Shown here piece by piece: positions 39,004 through 48,863 of a stretch of 64,000 nt of DNA. The notes under the pieces were generated by a model, which saw nothing but the letters and a program-made list of their open reading frames with translations, ran no database searches and was not told the origin of the DNA. This DNA is from Nanobdellota archaeon (GTDB lineage Archaea; Nanobdellota; Nanobdellia; Pacearchaeales; GW2011-AR1). The position numbers were made by a program, and so were the translations under genes. Where the stretch lies: positions 51,146 to 115,145 of the forward strand of contig DUKY01000007.1 in the NCBI GenBank assembly GCA_013329055.1, read 5' to 3'. Every line of letters begins with the position of its first letter. Position 1 is the first letter of the stretch.

Positions 39004-39477
39004 TTAAAAGGGGGGCAAATTATCAAGTTTTGTTTTAGCTCTAACTCTTTCATCTGGATTTGGGGAACTGCAAGAGATTTTTACCAATTCTAAATATTCT
39101 TTTTCTTCTCTTTGTACATCCTGATCTCTCTTTTTTGCAAAATTATATGCTTCTCTTACAAGATTTGCTATATCTTTTCGGTTATGAAGAATTTTTTTTG
39201 CAAATCGGGTAATTGCAAATTCTGCACATTCGTTCATTCTTTCAGATTTAATTGTATAACTTAGAAATTTAGGATGAAAATGTAGGATTTCATGTGCAAT
39301 TGTTAAAACTTGTTGTTTTATAGGATATGAATCACTAATATAAATTGTATCTTTCGAAATATAACCATAATTACGGTTATCCTGATAAAAGAAAATTTTA
39401 TGAGTATCAAGAGATGTTTTAAATAATTTAAACAAATAATCTAATGACATATTAGAACTATCCTTTGTATTATCCAT
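39004..39477 (-). CDS. ImmA/IrrE-family Zn metallopeptidase (COG2856-like)
   Basis: HEILH (HExxH) motif in a ~150-aa protein. Confidence 0.55.
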   Translation of the reverse strand: MDNTKDSSNMSLDYLFKLFKTSLDTHKIFFYQDNRNYGYISKDTIYISDSYPIKQQVLTIAHEILHFHPKFLSYTIKSERMNECAEFAITRFAKKILHNRKDIANLVREAYNFAKKRDQDVQREEKEYLELVKISCSSPNPDERVRAKTKLDNLPPF

Positions 39478-39553
39478 ATGTATTACCTTTTAGTTAATAA
39501 AATATATAAATATTAGAAAAAAATTTTAAGTTAAAGATTAGCATAACAAAAAC

Positions 39554-39904
39554 CTATGATCTTTTTAAAGATCTTAATTCTAAAAGCTCATGATGATAAT
39601 CATCACATAAGTCAAGATGACCAATTATCTTTGAAAGAATATATTTTTCTTCTTTTTTATCAAATTCTCTAAAAGAGTTAGATTTAGAGGGTATACAATC
39701 CAGAAGAGATCTTGATTCTGTTAAATGCCTCTGTTGCAAAATTTGATATAATAGCATTTCTTGATTTATATTTAAAGGTCCAAGATTATTAATAAATTCT
39801 TTATCTTTTCTTAAAAGACTTTCATATGCTTCTTTAGCATCTTTAATTTCATGAATATATCTGCTATCTTTTGCAAGTTGTTCATATATTTCTTTAGTTC
39901 TCAT
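39554..39904 (-). CDS. Hypothetical protein upstream of the ImmA/IrrE-like gene
   Basis: Intact ORF with no recognised motif. Confidence 0.4.
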   Translation of the reverse strand: MRTKEIYEQLAKDSRYIHEIKDAKEAYESLLRKDKEFINNLGPLNINQEMLLYQILQQRHLTESRSLLDCIPSKSNSFREFDKKEEKYILSKIIGHLDLCDDYHHELLELRSLKRS

Positions 39905-39930
39905 TTTAAAAATTATTCTTATTTAACAGA

Positions 39931-40155
39931 TTATTTACTTTCAGGAGCAACCTTTTTGCTCATAAATTCCGAATAATGACATTTTCCGCAGTAAAGTCTT
40001 CCTTGTGAATTCATTAAAAATACTCCTGGTCCACATCTTGGACAGAATTTTTCTTTTGTAATTTTATTTCCTTCAATTTTATATTTAGTATATTTTTTAC
40101 TTGTAGGTTTATTCTTATGCGGTTTCTTTCCCTTCTTGATTACTTTTTTTGCCAT
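39931..40155 (-). CDS. rps27ae: Ribosomal protein S27ae (eS31)
   Basis: Zn ribbon CPRCG…CGKCH in a short basic protein. Confidence 0.85.
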   Translation of the reverse strand: MAKKVIKKGKKPHKNKPTSKKYTKYKIEGNKITKEKFCPRCGPGVFLMNSQGRLYCGKCHYSEFMSKKVAPESK

Positions 40156-40156
40156 T

Positions 40157-40489
40157 TTATTCTGTTTTTTCCTCTACTTTTTCTGGATTTTGAGCTTTTT
40201 CTTCTTCAATTTCTCTTTTTTTCTTTAGTTCTACTTTGTTTTTTTCTTCTTTTGAAGGATAAATATTTGCATAGATAGTAAATGTTTTTGAACCAAATTT
40301 TCCAAGAATATTTTTTATTTTAATTGCATTTTCTTCAACTGAAAATTTTTCAGCAATTGATTTTTTAATATCTTTATGATTTGGAACAATCTCAGCATCA
40401 ACAGTTAATTGCAATTCTCTTCTTGCAAATAATGGATTTTTAGTTTCTTTAATAATATTCATTTTCATTTTATCTTGTTTTAATAGCAA
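40157..40489 (-). CDS. rps24e: Ribosomal protein S24e
   Basis: N-terminal KETKNPLFARRELQLTVD is typical of S24e. Confidence 0.85.
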   Translation of the reverse strand: MLLKQDKMKMNIIKETKNPLFARRELQLTVDAEIVPNHKDIKKSIAEKFSVEENAIKIKNILGKFGSKTFTIYANIYPSKEEKNKVELKKKREIEEEKAQNPEKVEEKTE

Positions 40490-40661
40490 AATTTCCTTTA
40501 TTTTTTAAATGTAGTCTTTGTGCAACTTCAGATTTCTCAGGATTAAGTATTACAATTCTTCCTTTAAATCCTTCAGTATTTTCTCGTGAATCACAAGCAG
40601 GACATTTTTCTCCTTCTTCGAAAATTGTATTGCAGATTTTACATGCTTTTGGTTTTGCCAT
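40470..40661 (-). CDS. spt4: Spt4 / DNA-directed RNA polymerase subunit E''
   Basis: CKIC…CPAC Zn ribbon in a 63-aa protein, in the conserved rpoE'-spt4-S24e-S27ae order. Confidence 0.8.
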   Translation of the reverse strand: MAKPKACKICNTIFEEGEKCPACDSRENTEGFKGRIVILNPEKSEVAQRLHLKNKGNFAIKTR

Positions 40662-41278
40662 TATTTTTTTCCTCCCTTGGTAGTTTTTTCTCCTTTAGTC
40701 TTTTTTTCTTCAGATTTTATTAATTTTTCAGCTTCTTTTTGCTTTTTAATTTGATCTTCTTTAATCCATTCAATTTTTCCTAATCCGGGTTGTCTCATTG
40801 TAAGTCCGATTTTTGGTGATTCTCCTTTATGGCTTATAGCTACAACTCTTGCAAGGCATAAATCTCCTTGTTTAAGGTTTCTTTTACTTGCCTTTCCCAT
40901 TAATGAATTTGTTTTGCTAAAACTTACATAATCGTCCATTGTTTGTGAAATATGAATCATTCCTTGCATTGAACCCATGTTAATAAATGCACCAAAAGTT
41001 GTAATTTCAGAAATTTCACCAAAAACTAATTCATGCAATTCAACTTTCCAGATTAATAGTTTAAACTTAGCACTGTAATATGCTGCTCCATCTCCAGGGA
41101 TGATTATACCTTCTCCAACTTCTAAAACTTCAACAACTGAAATTACAGAACCTAATTTTTTATCATAATATTTAACGTATGTTTCTCGAAGTTGTTTGTC
41201 AACTGCTTCCTTAGTTGGTAAGCCAAATAACTTTGGCTCAACTCTTACATGGTCCTGAACTTCTGCAATATAGAACAT
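40661..41278 (-). CDS. rpoE: DNA-directed RNA polymerase subunit E' (Rpb7 homolog) with S1 domain
   Basis: N-terminal Rpb7-like domain plus an S1 domain. Conserved neighbourhood. Confidence 0.8.
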   Translation of the reverse strand: MFYIAEVQDHVRVEPKLFGLPTKEAVDKQLRETYVKYYDKKLGSVISVVEVLEVGEGIIIPGDGAAYYSAKFKLLIWKVELHELVFGEISEITTFGAFINMGSMQGMIHISQTMDDYVSFSKTNSLMGKASKRNLKQGDLCLARVVAISHKGESPKIGLTMRQPGLGKIEWIKEDQIKKQKEAEKLIKSEEKKTKGEKTTKGGKK

Positions 41279-41321
41279 TTTAACAAAATTTAGAGTAAAT
41301 ATTGCTTTTTAAAAGTTACTA

Positions 41322-41669
41322 TCATATTACTTCTAACTTTTTTCTCCCCCTTATAACCATTTTCTCATTTTTAACGCTCTTTTTTATTTCTTTATCTAAA
41401 GTTGCAATAATAATAAGGGGATTCTTTTTTGCAAAATTTATTAATAATTCGTCGACAATTCCTTTGCCTAAGCTTATTTTTTGATAATTTGCTTTATTTA
41501 ATAATGCTAATGCAATTTGTGCAGAAGAATTAGAGATGCTTAAACCTTCAATTTCTTTAATAACTTCCAGAGGGATAATAATTTTAAAACCGATAAGTTC
41601 TTCAAAAAAATCAATCTTTTGCTTAATACAGGTTAAGATAAAACTTGTATCCATTATTATTTCTTTCAT
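41322..41669 (-). CDS. PIN-domain protein (conserved neighbour of rpoE' in archaea)
   Basis: IMDTSFIL start and IIATLD acidic motifs. Confidence 0.6.
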   Translation of the reverse strand: MKEIIMDTSFILTCIKQKIDFFEELIGFKIIIPLEVIKEIEGLSISNSSAQIALALLNKANYQKISLGKGIVDELLINFAKKNPLIIIATLDKEIKKSVKNEKMVIRGRKKLEVI

Positions 41670-41784
41670 TTTTTTATATTTCCTGAAATAATAATGTTAG
41701 AAAATCTTTGATTTTCTATATATTCAAAACTTTTACTTCTGATCTTTGCGTAGGCAAAGTTTAGTTTTGAATTGATTATCTCTT

Positions 41785-42024
41785 TCATGGTCTCCTCAAT
41801 CGTTTTAATGCAATTGTAAATCCTATTACTCTTGCATAATAATTCTTTCCTAATTTTTCTAAAATTTCAGTTGAATATTTCTTTACAGAATCTTTTCCAT
41901 CTCTTGCACTTGGTAAAACCGAAATTTTTACATTTTTGCAAGTCTTAAATTGATTTTTCAGACTTTCAATAAAATTATCTGTTACTCCTAGTTTTCCTAA
42001 TTGTATGTTTCTTATTGCTACCAT
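41785..42024 (-). CDS. YhbY/CRS1 (CRM) RNA-binding domain protein
   Basis: GKLGVTDNFIESLKN…KISVL pattern in a ~80-aa protein. Confidence 0.6.
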   Translation of the reverse strand: MVAIRNIQLGKLGVTDNFIESLKNQFKTCKNVKISVLPSARDGKDSVKKYSTEILEKLGKNYYARVIGFTIALKRLRRP

Positions 42025-42314
42025 TATTTAATATTAGCTCTTCTTAATTTAATTCCTGTTTTATTTTCCAAACCTAATTTTGCTCCTCTAATAAAATTAA
42101 TCTCTCCTCCTATTTCTATTAAGGGAAATGCCAGAAATTCCGGCTTGGTGCAAATAATCGTGGTTCCTTGATAATGAATTACTTCTCCTTTTCTCATTAT
42201 CTCTATTCCTTCTTCAATTTGCAATTCATTAATCTTCTGAGATAAATTAATTCTTCTTTGAAGATAATGTTCTCTATCTTTTTTAGGGGTTGGATTATAA
42301 TATTCTATTACCAT
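42024..42314 (-). CDS. Small conserved hypothetical protein (possible beta-barrel RNA-binding)
   Basis: Intact 96-aa ORF, start overlapping the upstream stop. No confident assignment. Confidence 0.4.
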   Translation of the reverse strand: MVIEYYNPTPKKDREHYLQRRINLSQKINELQIEEGIEIMRKGEVIHYQGTTIICTKPEFLAFPLIEIGGEINFIRGAKLGLENKTGIKLRRANIK

Positions 42315-42673
42315 TACTTTATTAATTCCTTTTTTACTTTTATAACCTTCCTTTTCTTAACGCCAAAAGTTCCTAGGTTCATGTCTTTAGTTTTATAAAT
42401 ATCTTTACCTAAAAAACGATGAATGATTACATCTGATTGATTTGTTTTCCAATCTTTACTATATTTTGCACAAAAAATAGCGGCTTCTTCGATGTCTCCT
42501 TTTTTTGGTTTGCCTTTTATATTTACGAATGGACTTCCTACGGCAGCGGTATGAAAAACTTCTTCATCGGGTTTAACCTGTGCAATCAATTCTTCGTTAT
42601 TTTTTGCATCACGCCCTGCAAGAATTAATGTTTCATTTTCAGTTATAAGTTTTCTAAAATTTGGTTCTTTCAT
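42314..42673 (-). CDS. NFACT-R / DUF814-domain protein
   Basis: ILAGRDAKNNEEL…FHTAAVGSPF is typical of DUF814. Confidence 0.6.
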   Translation of the reverse strand: MKEPNFRKLITENETLILAGRDAKNNEELIAQVKPDEEVFHTAAVGSPFVNIKGKPKKGDIEEAAIFCAKYSKDWKTNQSDVIIHRFLGKDIYKTKDMNLGTFGVKKRKVIKVKKELIK

Positions 42674-42726
42674 ATCCTATTAAAAGAAAGAGGTTTTATT
42701 ATCTTTTGGGTTAATCATTAATTCCG

Positions 42727-43170
42727 TTAATCAAATAATTTTTTTAATTTATTTACTTCATTTAAAACTTTTTTTTCTGAATAAAAATTTCTTTTATCTC
42801 CTTCCTGACTCATATGAACAACTTTCTTTTTTGGGACCAAGTGAATATGCATATGATTAATTGATTTTCCTGCAGAGATTAAGTCGTCTCCTTCTTTATA
42901 TGAAACTTCAACTCCGGGATAAATTTTATGCAAATGATTCATTCCAAATAAAATTAATTTTCCGATTCCAACTTGTTCCTTGTATCTTAAGTTATGAAGT
43001 TTTATTACATGTCTTTTTGGAAAAACAAGCAAATGGTCTTTAATATAAGGAGCTCGTGCGATTGTTAATATTGCATAATAATTTTCTTTAATAATCAATT
43101 TTTTATTTAAATTACAAAATGGACAAGTATGGTCTTTGTAAATTTTATTTAAGAAAATTTGATATATCAA
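42727..43170 (-). CDS. HIT-family hydrolase
   Basis: Canonical HMHIHLVP HIT motif and an N-terminal CPFC Zn site. Confidence 0.75.
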   Translation of the reverse strand: MIYQIFLNKIYKDHTCPFCNLNKKLIIKENYYAILTIARAPYIKDHLLVFPKRHVIKLHNLRYKEQVGIGKLILFGMNHLHKIYPGVEVSYKEGDDLISAGKSINHMHIHLVPKKKVVHMSQEGDKRNFYSEKKVLNEVNKLKKLFD

Positions 43171-43265
43171 ATTAATTTCCTCCCGTGGTTTAATTTGATT
43201 ATTAGAAAACTTAAAAAGTTTTTATTTTTTTTGAGTTTTGTATATCTCAACTAAATTTACCTCTT

Positions 43266-43607
43266 TTATTTAAATCCATAAGGACCAATTTTAATTAATA
43301 TTTGTCTTATTTCATCAATGGTTTTTTGCTGTGTTTTTTTATCAGACATTCTCACAAATTTTAATAACAAATCGGAAAGTTCTTCTTCGCTCATCACTTT
43401 TATTTTATATCCGTCAGCAATAAAATAAAATCTAAATGACTTGTACTTTAATTCTTTTATAGAAGTTCCTGAAACATTTCCGAGAAATTTCCCCTTTTTT
43501 GGATTATCTTCTAAAGAATATAATAATTTAACAATCTGATGAGATTCACCTTTAAACTTTTTTTTAATTTCTTCACCAAGAGATTTAATTATTTCAACTC
43601 TGGCCAT
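43266..43607 (-). CDS. RelE/ParE-like type II toxin candidate (with ~40 aa C-terminal extension)
   Basis: PKKGKFLGNVSGTSIKELKYKSFRFYFIADGYKIKV resembles the RelE/ParE core. 19-nt overlap with the upstream small ORF. Confidence 0.45.
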   Translation of the reverse strand: MARVEIIKSLGEEIKKKFKGESHQIVKLLYSLEDNPKKGKFLGNVSGTSIKELKYKSFRFYFIADGYKIKVMSEEELSDLLLKFVRMSDKKTQQKTIDEIRQILIKIGPYGFK

Positions 43608-43795
43608 TTTTTATCAATCTCTTTTTTAAATTCATCAAGAGAAATACAATTTTCTGAAGACATTAAGAATTGCCTTGCCTGATCTTTTACTGCTCGTTCA
43701 TATAACCTTCTTATTATTGTTTCAAAACTTTCGCCTTTAAGACCAAATGTAGAAATTAGTTTCTTGGTTTCTTCACTTACCTGAATTGTGCTCAT
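43589..43795 (-). CDS. Small putative antitoxin partner
   Basis: 68-aa ORF directly upstream of and overlapping the RelE-like gene. Confidence 0.4.
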   Translation of the reverse strand: MSTIQVSEETKKLISTFGLKGESFETIIRRLYERAVKDQARQFLMSSENCISLDEFKKEIDKKWPELK

Positions 43796-43869
43796 TTTAT
43801 AACTCCTATAATTACTATAACGGCTATAATTTATAAATTTTACTTATTTAAAAGCAGGTGATTTTACAT

Positions 43870-45165
43870 TTATCTAACATTGCTCCAATATTCCAAAGCC
43901 GTTTTTAACTCAGGGTGTGTTTTTGCATATTCATCTAAAGAAATTTTTTTCATGGTAGCATCAACAGCTTGACGCATTGCCCTTGCTCCGACAATTGTCC
44001 CTTGTGGATGACCGTGAATTCCTCCACCTGCCTGAATTACAACATCTTTACCCATAAAGTCTATAATTTTATCTACAATTCTTGGATAAACTCCTCCTGA
44101 AGCTACTGCGAACACAGGTTTAGTTCCATACCATTTTTGTTCAAGATTATTTTTTGTTTCAGGAGTAAAGTTATTTTCAATTTCTTGTTCTATATGCAAA
44201 ACTTCATTTTTATCTCCGGTCATTTTTCCATAGGCAGTTCCAATATGAAGCGTATCTACACCGACCATTCTAGCCCACTGTGCAATAATTTCCATGCTCA
44301 TGCCATGTTCAGGATTTCTATCAAACATTGCATGTCCTGCCCTATGTGCATGAATTGGAAGCTTTGTAAAGTTTCTTGCAGTTTGCAATGCACTCCAACC
44401 TAATGTGAGAATATCAAGCATAATATAATTTCCCCCATTTTCTTCCACAAATTTAATCCGCCTTTTCATCTCTTCACATTCTGCTGTGCAATTAATCAAA
44501 TAAACTTTCTTTTCCCCTGTTTCTTTTTCTGCTTTTTTTAAAGCTTTAATTGTCAACAAAAATCTTTTTTTGAATTTGTTAAAATTTTGACTTGTTAAAT
44601 TCTCGTCATCTTTTACAACGTCACATCCGCCTAACCATGATTCATATGCTACTTTTGCATGTTCTTTAGAAGTTAAACCTACTTTTGGTTTTACAATTGT
44701 TCCTACTAATGGTCTGTCTTTAATTTTCAAATATTTTCTTATACCTTTAATTCCATAACGTGGACCTTTAAAACTTTTTAACATTTTTTTTGGGATTCTT
44801 ACGTCTTCCCATAAAATTCCATCTGCACTTTTCATTCCGTAAATATTTCCGCCGATAGAAGACATTACACAGGGTAAATTTCCAAGTTCAAATAAATCCA
44901 GAGGATAAGCAATTCTAATTCGTTTATTTTCTTTATCAAGATAATATACTTTTGGAGCTAATTTTTTACCTATTTTTGGATTCATTGTTTTTACATCTGT
45001 CCATGTTCCAACACTACTTTCTCCTGCAACCATGCTTGCTACATCATTAAATTCATAACCTTTTGCGGGAGTTATTTTAAATTGGCAAAGAACATCAGTA
45101 TCTCTTGGCTTATATTTTAAATCAATAAAACTTCTATAACCGGATTTCAATTTTGTTTCCACCAT
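43870..45165 (-). CDS. rbcL: Ribulose-1,5-bisphosphate carboxylase large subunit, archaeal form III (or II/III)
   Basis: Active-site region GGCDVVKDDENLTSQ, CO2-acceptor Lys context, and C-terminal GGGIHGHPQG. Confidence 0.9.
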   Translation of the reverse strand: MVETKLKSGYRSFIDLKYKPRDTDVLCQFKITPAKGYEFNDVASMVAGESSVGTWTDVKTMNPKIGKKLAPKVYYLDKENKRIRIAYPLDLFELGNLPCVMSSIGGNIYGMKSADGILWEDVRIPKKMLKSFKGPRYGIKGIRKYLKIKDRPLVGTIVKPKVGLTSKEHAKVAYESWLGGCDVVKDDENLTSQNFNKFKKRFLLTIKALKKAEKETGEKKVYLINCTAECEEMKRRIKFVEENGGNYIMLDILTLGWSALQTARNFTKLPIHAHRAGHAMFDRNPEHGMSMEIIAQWARMVGVDTLHIGTAYGKMTGDKNEVLHIEQEIENNFTPETKNNLEQKWYGTKPVFAVASGGVYPRIVDKIIDFMGKDVVIQAGGGIHGHPQGTIVGARAMRQAVDATMKKISLDEYAKTHPELKTALEYWSNVR

Positions 45166-45191
45166 CTTCTTTCTTTAAAGATTAAATTTAT

Positions 45192-46373
45192 TTAAATATC
45201 TTTACTTCTCTCTATAAACATTAATTCATATTTCTTTTTTTTCATTCGATATGAAAGGAACCAATCTAATAAGAATGCAATAGCACTCAAAGAAACAAGA
45301 TAAAGGAATCCATTTAGACTTATTTTTGGCAAGAAATATTCTTTATTTAAATAGCCAAGAATTCCGGTTATAACTCCGATACTTGCTAAAAGCTGGATTG
45401 ATCTAAGATTTTTACTTGTGGTTTTTCCTTCAATATCTCTTAATATTTGTATTGCAGAATTAACATAATCAGAAGTCATTTTCCAAATCTCTTTAATGTA
45501 TTCTAAGCTGTTAAACAAATCTTCATATTTATATTGAAAATGAGAAATTAAAGCCTGATCAACTCCTAATTGTTTTGACAACGAGGATCTGGTCTTTGCA
45601 TAAGAACCCATTTGATTGATTCTGTTACTTATGAGACTTACAGTTTTTGCATAACTTTCAAGCTTTGCTTTTTGTATAGAGATTTTATCCCCTTCTATAA
45701 ATTTTTGTTCTTTAATTTTTGATATTTCTTCCCATATCGCCCGATGAATATTAAGATATTTATGAAGTTGAGATTTAAATTCTTTAAAGAATATTTGCAT
45801 TTCGATTAAATCAGATAATTCTCTTTTTTCTGGTCTTGATGATAAAACAATTATATATTTGTTGGTCTTTAAAACTCTGATATCTTTTGAATTAGTATCA
45901 GAATAGATTTTTCCATAAATTTTTTCATTAAATTTTTTCATTTTTATATCTGAAGTAATTTCTCCAATTACAATCGGATGGTCATCTTTAATATTTGCAA
46001 GAATTTTAGGAGTTGGTGCACCAAGAGAGAAAAGGTAGTTTATCGCAGGGTTATATTTTGTATCAAAATATTCTTTTAATTTTTTTATGTCTTTTTCTAA
46101 ATCTTTTTCTAAGTCCTTTTCTTCAATTTTAAGAATATACAGACCATCTTCATAATAATTTATTATGATATTTTCTTTTGTAATAGCTTCAATATATTCA
46201 AGATAATCATTTTTTCGCTCTACTTTTTTAATCTCCATATTTTTTAGCAATTCTGTAAGTTTATCCTTATCCAGATCTAATTTTGAAGTTCCTTCTGAAA
46301 GAAATTGAAAAACTTCTGATAAGTGCATAGTTGTTCGCTGATACCATCCACCAAATGTAATTGTGTTCACCAT
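45192..46373 (-). CDS. Hypothetical protein with a soluble N-domain and two C-terminal TM helices
   Basis: Topology only (CorA/DUF155-like arrangement). No GMN motif. Confidence 0.4.
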   Translation of the reverse strand: MVNTITFGGWYQRTTMHLSEVFQFLSEGTSKLDLDKDKLTELLKNMEIKKVERKNDYLEYIEAITKENIIINYYEDGLYILKIEEKDLEKDLEKDIKKLKEYFDTKYNPAINYLFSLGAPTPKILANIKDDHPIVIGEITSDIKMKKFNEKIYGKIYSDTNSKDIRVLKTNKYIIVLSSRPEKRELSDLIEMQIFFKEFKSQLHKYLNIHRAIWEEISKIKEQKFIEGDKISIQKAKLESYAKTVSLISNRINQMGSYAKTRSSLSKQLGVDQALISHFQYKYEDLFNSLEYIKEIWKMTSDYVNSAIQILRDIEGKTTSKNLRSIQLLASIGVITGILGYLNKEYFLPKISLNGFLYLVSLSAIAFLLDWFLSYRMKKKKYELMFIERSKDI

Positions 46374-46510
46374 CTTTAATTATAAATAAAGTTGATTTTA
46401 TTTAAATGTTATTAATTTAAATATTGAATAATGTCCTTACTTAACAAAAGTAACAATATCAAAAGATTTATAAATGGATGTTCCTACTCATTAGTTATTA
46501 AAAAACTAAA

Positions 46511-47278
46511 ATGTTACTTAAACAAGACCTCATTGGGAAAATCAAAGATTACTTTGATTTGAATATTTACGAGACAAAAGTATGGCTAGCTTTGCTTGGA
46601 AAAGGTATTGCTTCAGCCGGAGAAGTTGCGTCAATTTCCAGAGTTCCAAGATCAAGGACTTATGATGTGCTTGAGAGTTTAGAAAAAAAAGGATTTGCAA
46701 TTGTTAAAATTGGCAAGCCTGTAAAATACATTGGTGTTAAGCCCAGAATTATTCTTGAAAAATTAAAAAATAATGTTAGAACTGATGCAGATGAAAAAAT
46801 GTTAACATTATCAAATATCAAAAATACTGAAGAATTTACTAAATTAGAAGAATTGTATGATGAAAGCATTAATACTGTTAAAAGGGAAGATATTTCTTCT
46901 GCATTAACCGGAAAATCAAACATTACTAATCATCTTAGAGAAATTATTTTAAATGCCAATAAAGAAGTTATAATCTGCACAAATGTTATGGAGATTATTT
47001 CTAAAATAAAACTATTCCAAAAAACAGTAGAGCAACTTAAAAAAGCTAATGTTGATATTAAATTTGCATTATCCGGAGATGAAAAATTAGTTAAACAAAT
47101 TGAAACAAAATTAGATGTTAAAATTAAATTTGTTAATATTGATGCAAAATTCTTTATTGTTGACAGAACAGAAATTTTATTTTATATTTCAAAAGATTCA
47201 GATATTGCAATTTGGTTAAATTCTGATTTCTTTTCTCAGGCATTTGCAGAATTATTTGATAAAGTTATTAAAAATTGA
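46511..47278 (+). CDS. TrmB-family transcriptional regulator
   Basis: N-terminal wHTH YETKVWLALLGKGIASAGEVASISRVPRSRTYDVLESLEKKGF. Confidence 0.7.
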   Translation: MLLKQDLIGKIKDYFDLNIYETKVWLALLGKGIASAGEVASISRVPRSRTYDVLESLEKKGFAIVKIGKPVKYIGVKPRIILEKLKNNVRTDADEKMLTLSNIKNTEEFTKLEELYDESINTVKREDISSALTGKSNITNHLREIILNANKEVIICTNVMEIISKIKLFQKTVEQLKKANVDIKFALSGDEKLVKQIETKLDVKIKFVNIDAKFFIVDRTEILFYISKDSDIAIWLNSDFFSQAFAELFDKVIKN

Positions 47279-47996
47279 GGATTTTAATATGGATAAATCT
47301 AAATCTTCAATAATCCTTGAAGATGTTTCTTTATGTGCAATTGTTAGAGACGAAAAAATGAATCCTGCAGGAGGAATTCAAAGATTTATTGAGTCTCATG
47401 TACCATTTGTTGAAGAAGCAGTTATTGTCGATACTGGTTCAAAGGATGGCACGAGAGAAATATTAGAAGAATTAGAATCCAGATATTCAAATTTAAGAAT
47501 TTTTGATCATCCGTTTGATGGATATGGTCCTTCAAGAAATTATTCATTAGAAAAAGCAAATTGCAAATATGTATTAGTTTTAGATGCAGATGAATTATTA
47601 ACTCAGACACAACCAATAAATGATTGGAAGATTATTCATAAAAAAATAAAAAAAGGAAATTTTGAAAGATTATTATTTGGGGTACAAAATGTTTGTTTTA
47701 AAGGGGAGTCAGTAATTTATGGATTACATCCGGAGAGACTTTTTGTAAATTCTTCTAAACTTAAGTTTGAAAATTTAGCAGGGGAATATCTAAATATTCG
47801 AGGAGGACAAAAAGTAAATGTTAAAATTAAACATTTTTTACCCAGAGCAAGAGCAAAAAATTTAAAGAATGATGATTGGTATTCAAGCCAATTTAGTCCT
47901 GGTTATATTGAATTAATTGGAAATAAGGCTCCTTCAGAGATTGAAAGTTTTGCAGAATGGAAAGAATATAATCCAAAAAGGGATTTATTTAAATAA
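47244..47996 (+). CDS. Family 2 glycosyltransferase
   Basis: VDTGSKDGT and LVLDADE (DxD) motifs. Confidence 0.6.
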   Translation: MQNYLIKLLKIEDFNMDKSKSSIILEDVSLCAIVRDEKMNPAGGIQRFIESHVPFVEEAVIVDTGSKDGTREILEELESRYSNLRIFDHPFDGYGPSRNYSLEKANCKYVLVLDADELLTQTQPINDWKIIHKKIKKGNFERLLFGVQNVCFKGESVIYGLHPERLFVNSSKLKFENLAGEYLNIRGGQKVNVKIKHFLPRARAKNLKNDDWYSSQFSPGYIELIGNKAPSEIESFAEWKEYNPKRDLFK

Positions 47997-48002
47997 ATTA
48001 AA

Positions 48003-48863
48003 ATGAAATCACAGGAAATATTAAAACTTGAAGAAAGATTGTTTAATGAAGTTAAAGATAGAGGAACGTGTGTATCTGAACCAACTGCAATAATGCTTGC
48101 AAGTCATGATTTTAAAAATATTGAAGAATTATATCAAGCACAGGAAAATTTTGAAAAACTTATTTTAAAATTCAAAAACAGTTCTAAATATAAAGAACTT
48201 CTAGAATATCATCAAAGATATGAATATCCTATCTCTGAATTTCAATTTTGTGAAATAATTGCAATGCATGAATGGATGTATCGAAATAATGAAGACATTT
48301 ATGACAAAACTCAAACAAGTGTACCGATTGCAATAGAAAAAATATTAAATGATGAAGATAAAGTCGGACAATGCACTGCATTAACCGGACTAATGTGGGC
48401 TTTCGGAGCAGTTGAAGGGATTAATTTAACAGCATACTCTACAATTGACCATGTACTAACTTGCTATAATGATACACAAAAAAATATTCCATTGGAAAAT
48501 ACTTCGAAATATAATTTCACTCCGATGTATCCCCCTGTTAGATCAAAAAAAATAAAATTTCCAGCATTTTTAGCAGAATGTTTTAGTAATAAGGGATCTG
48601 CAAAAAATAATTTAGGAGATGATCATGGGGCAATAAAAGATTATGATGAAGCAATTAGATTAAACCCAGAAAACGAAAAAGCATGGAATAATAGAGGAGT
48701 AGCTAAGTATAGATTAGGGAGATATTCGGAAGCAATAAAAGATTATAAGGAAGCAATTAGATTAAATCCAAAATATACAACTGCACAAGATAATAGAAAA
48801 TTAGCTTTAAGAAAATTAAACAAGTTTTCGAGGATATTTACCCAACTATCAAACTATTTCTAA
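48003..48863 (+). CDS. TPR-repeat protein
   Basis: C-terminal tandem TPR units (AWNNRGVAKYRLGRYSEAIKDYKEAIRLNP). Confidence 0.6.
   Translation: MKSQEILKLEERLFNEVKDRGTCVSEPTAIMLASHDFKNIEELYQAQENFEKLILKFKNSSKYKELLEYHQRYEYPISEFQFCEIIAMHEWMYRNNEDIYDKTQTSVPIAIEKILNDEDKVGQCTALTGLMWAFGAVEGINLTAYSTIDHVLTCYNDTQKNIPLENTSKYNFTPMYPPVRSKKIKFPAFLAECFSNKGSAKNNLGDDHGAIKDYDEAIRLNPENEKAWNNRGVAKYRLGRYSEAIKDYKEAIRLNPKYTTAQDNRKLALRKLNKFSRIFTQLSNYF

Noticed and set aside
32601-47616. Short antisense ORFs (32601..32801, 34993..35199, 36077..36274, 37697..37930, 38177..38551, 41302..41484, 42437..42628, 42861..43043, 44137..44403, 46660..46923, 47422..47616, 59933..60223)
   Set aside because: All are nested in or antisense to stronger gene calls. 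They are typical AT-rich spurious frames.
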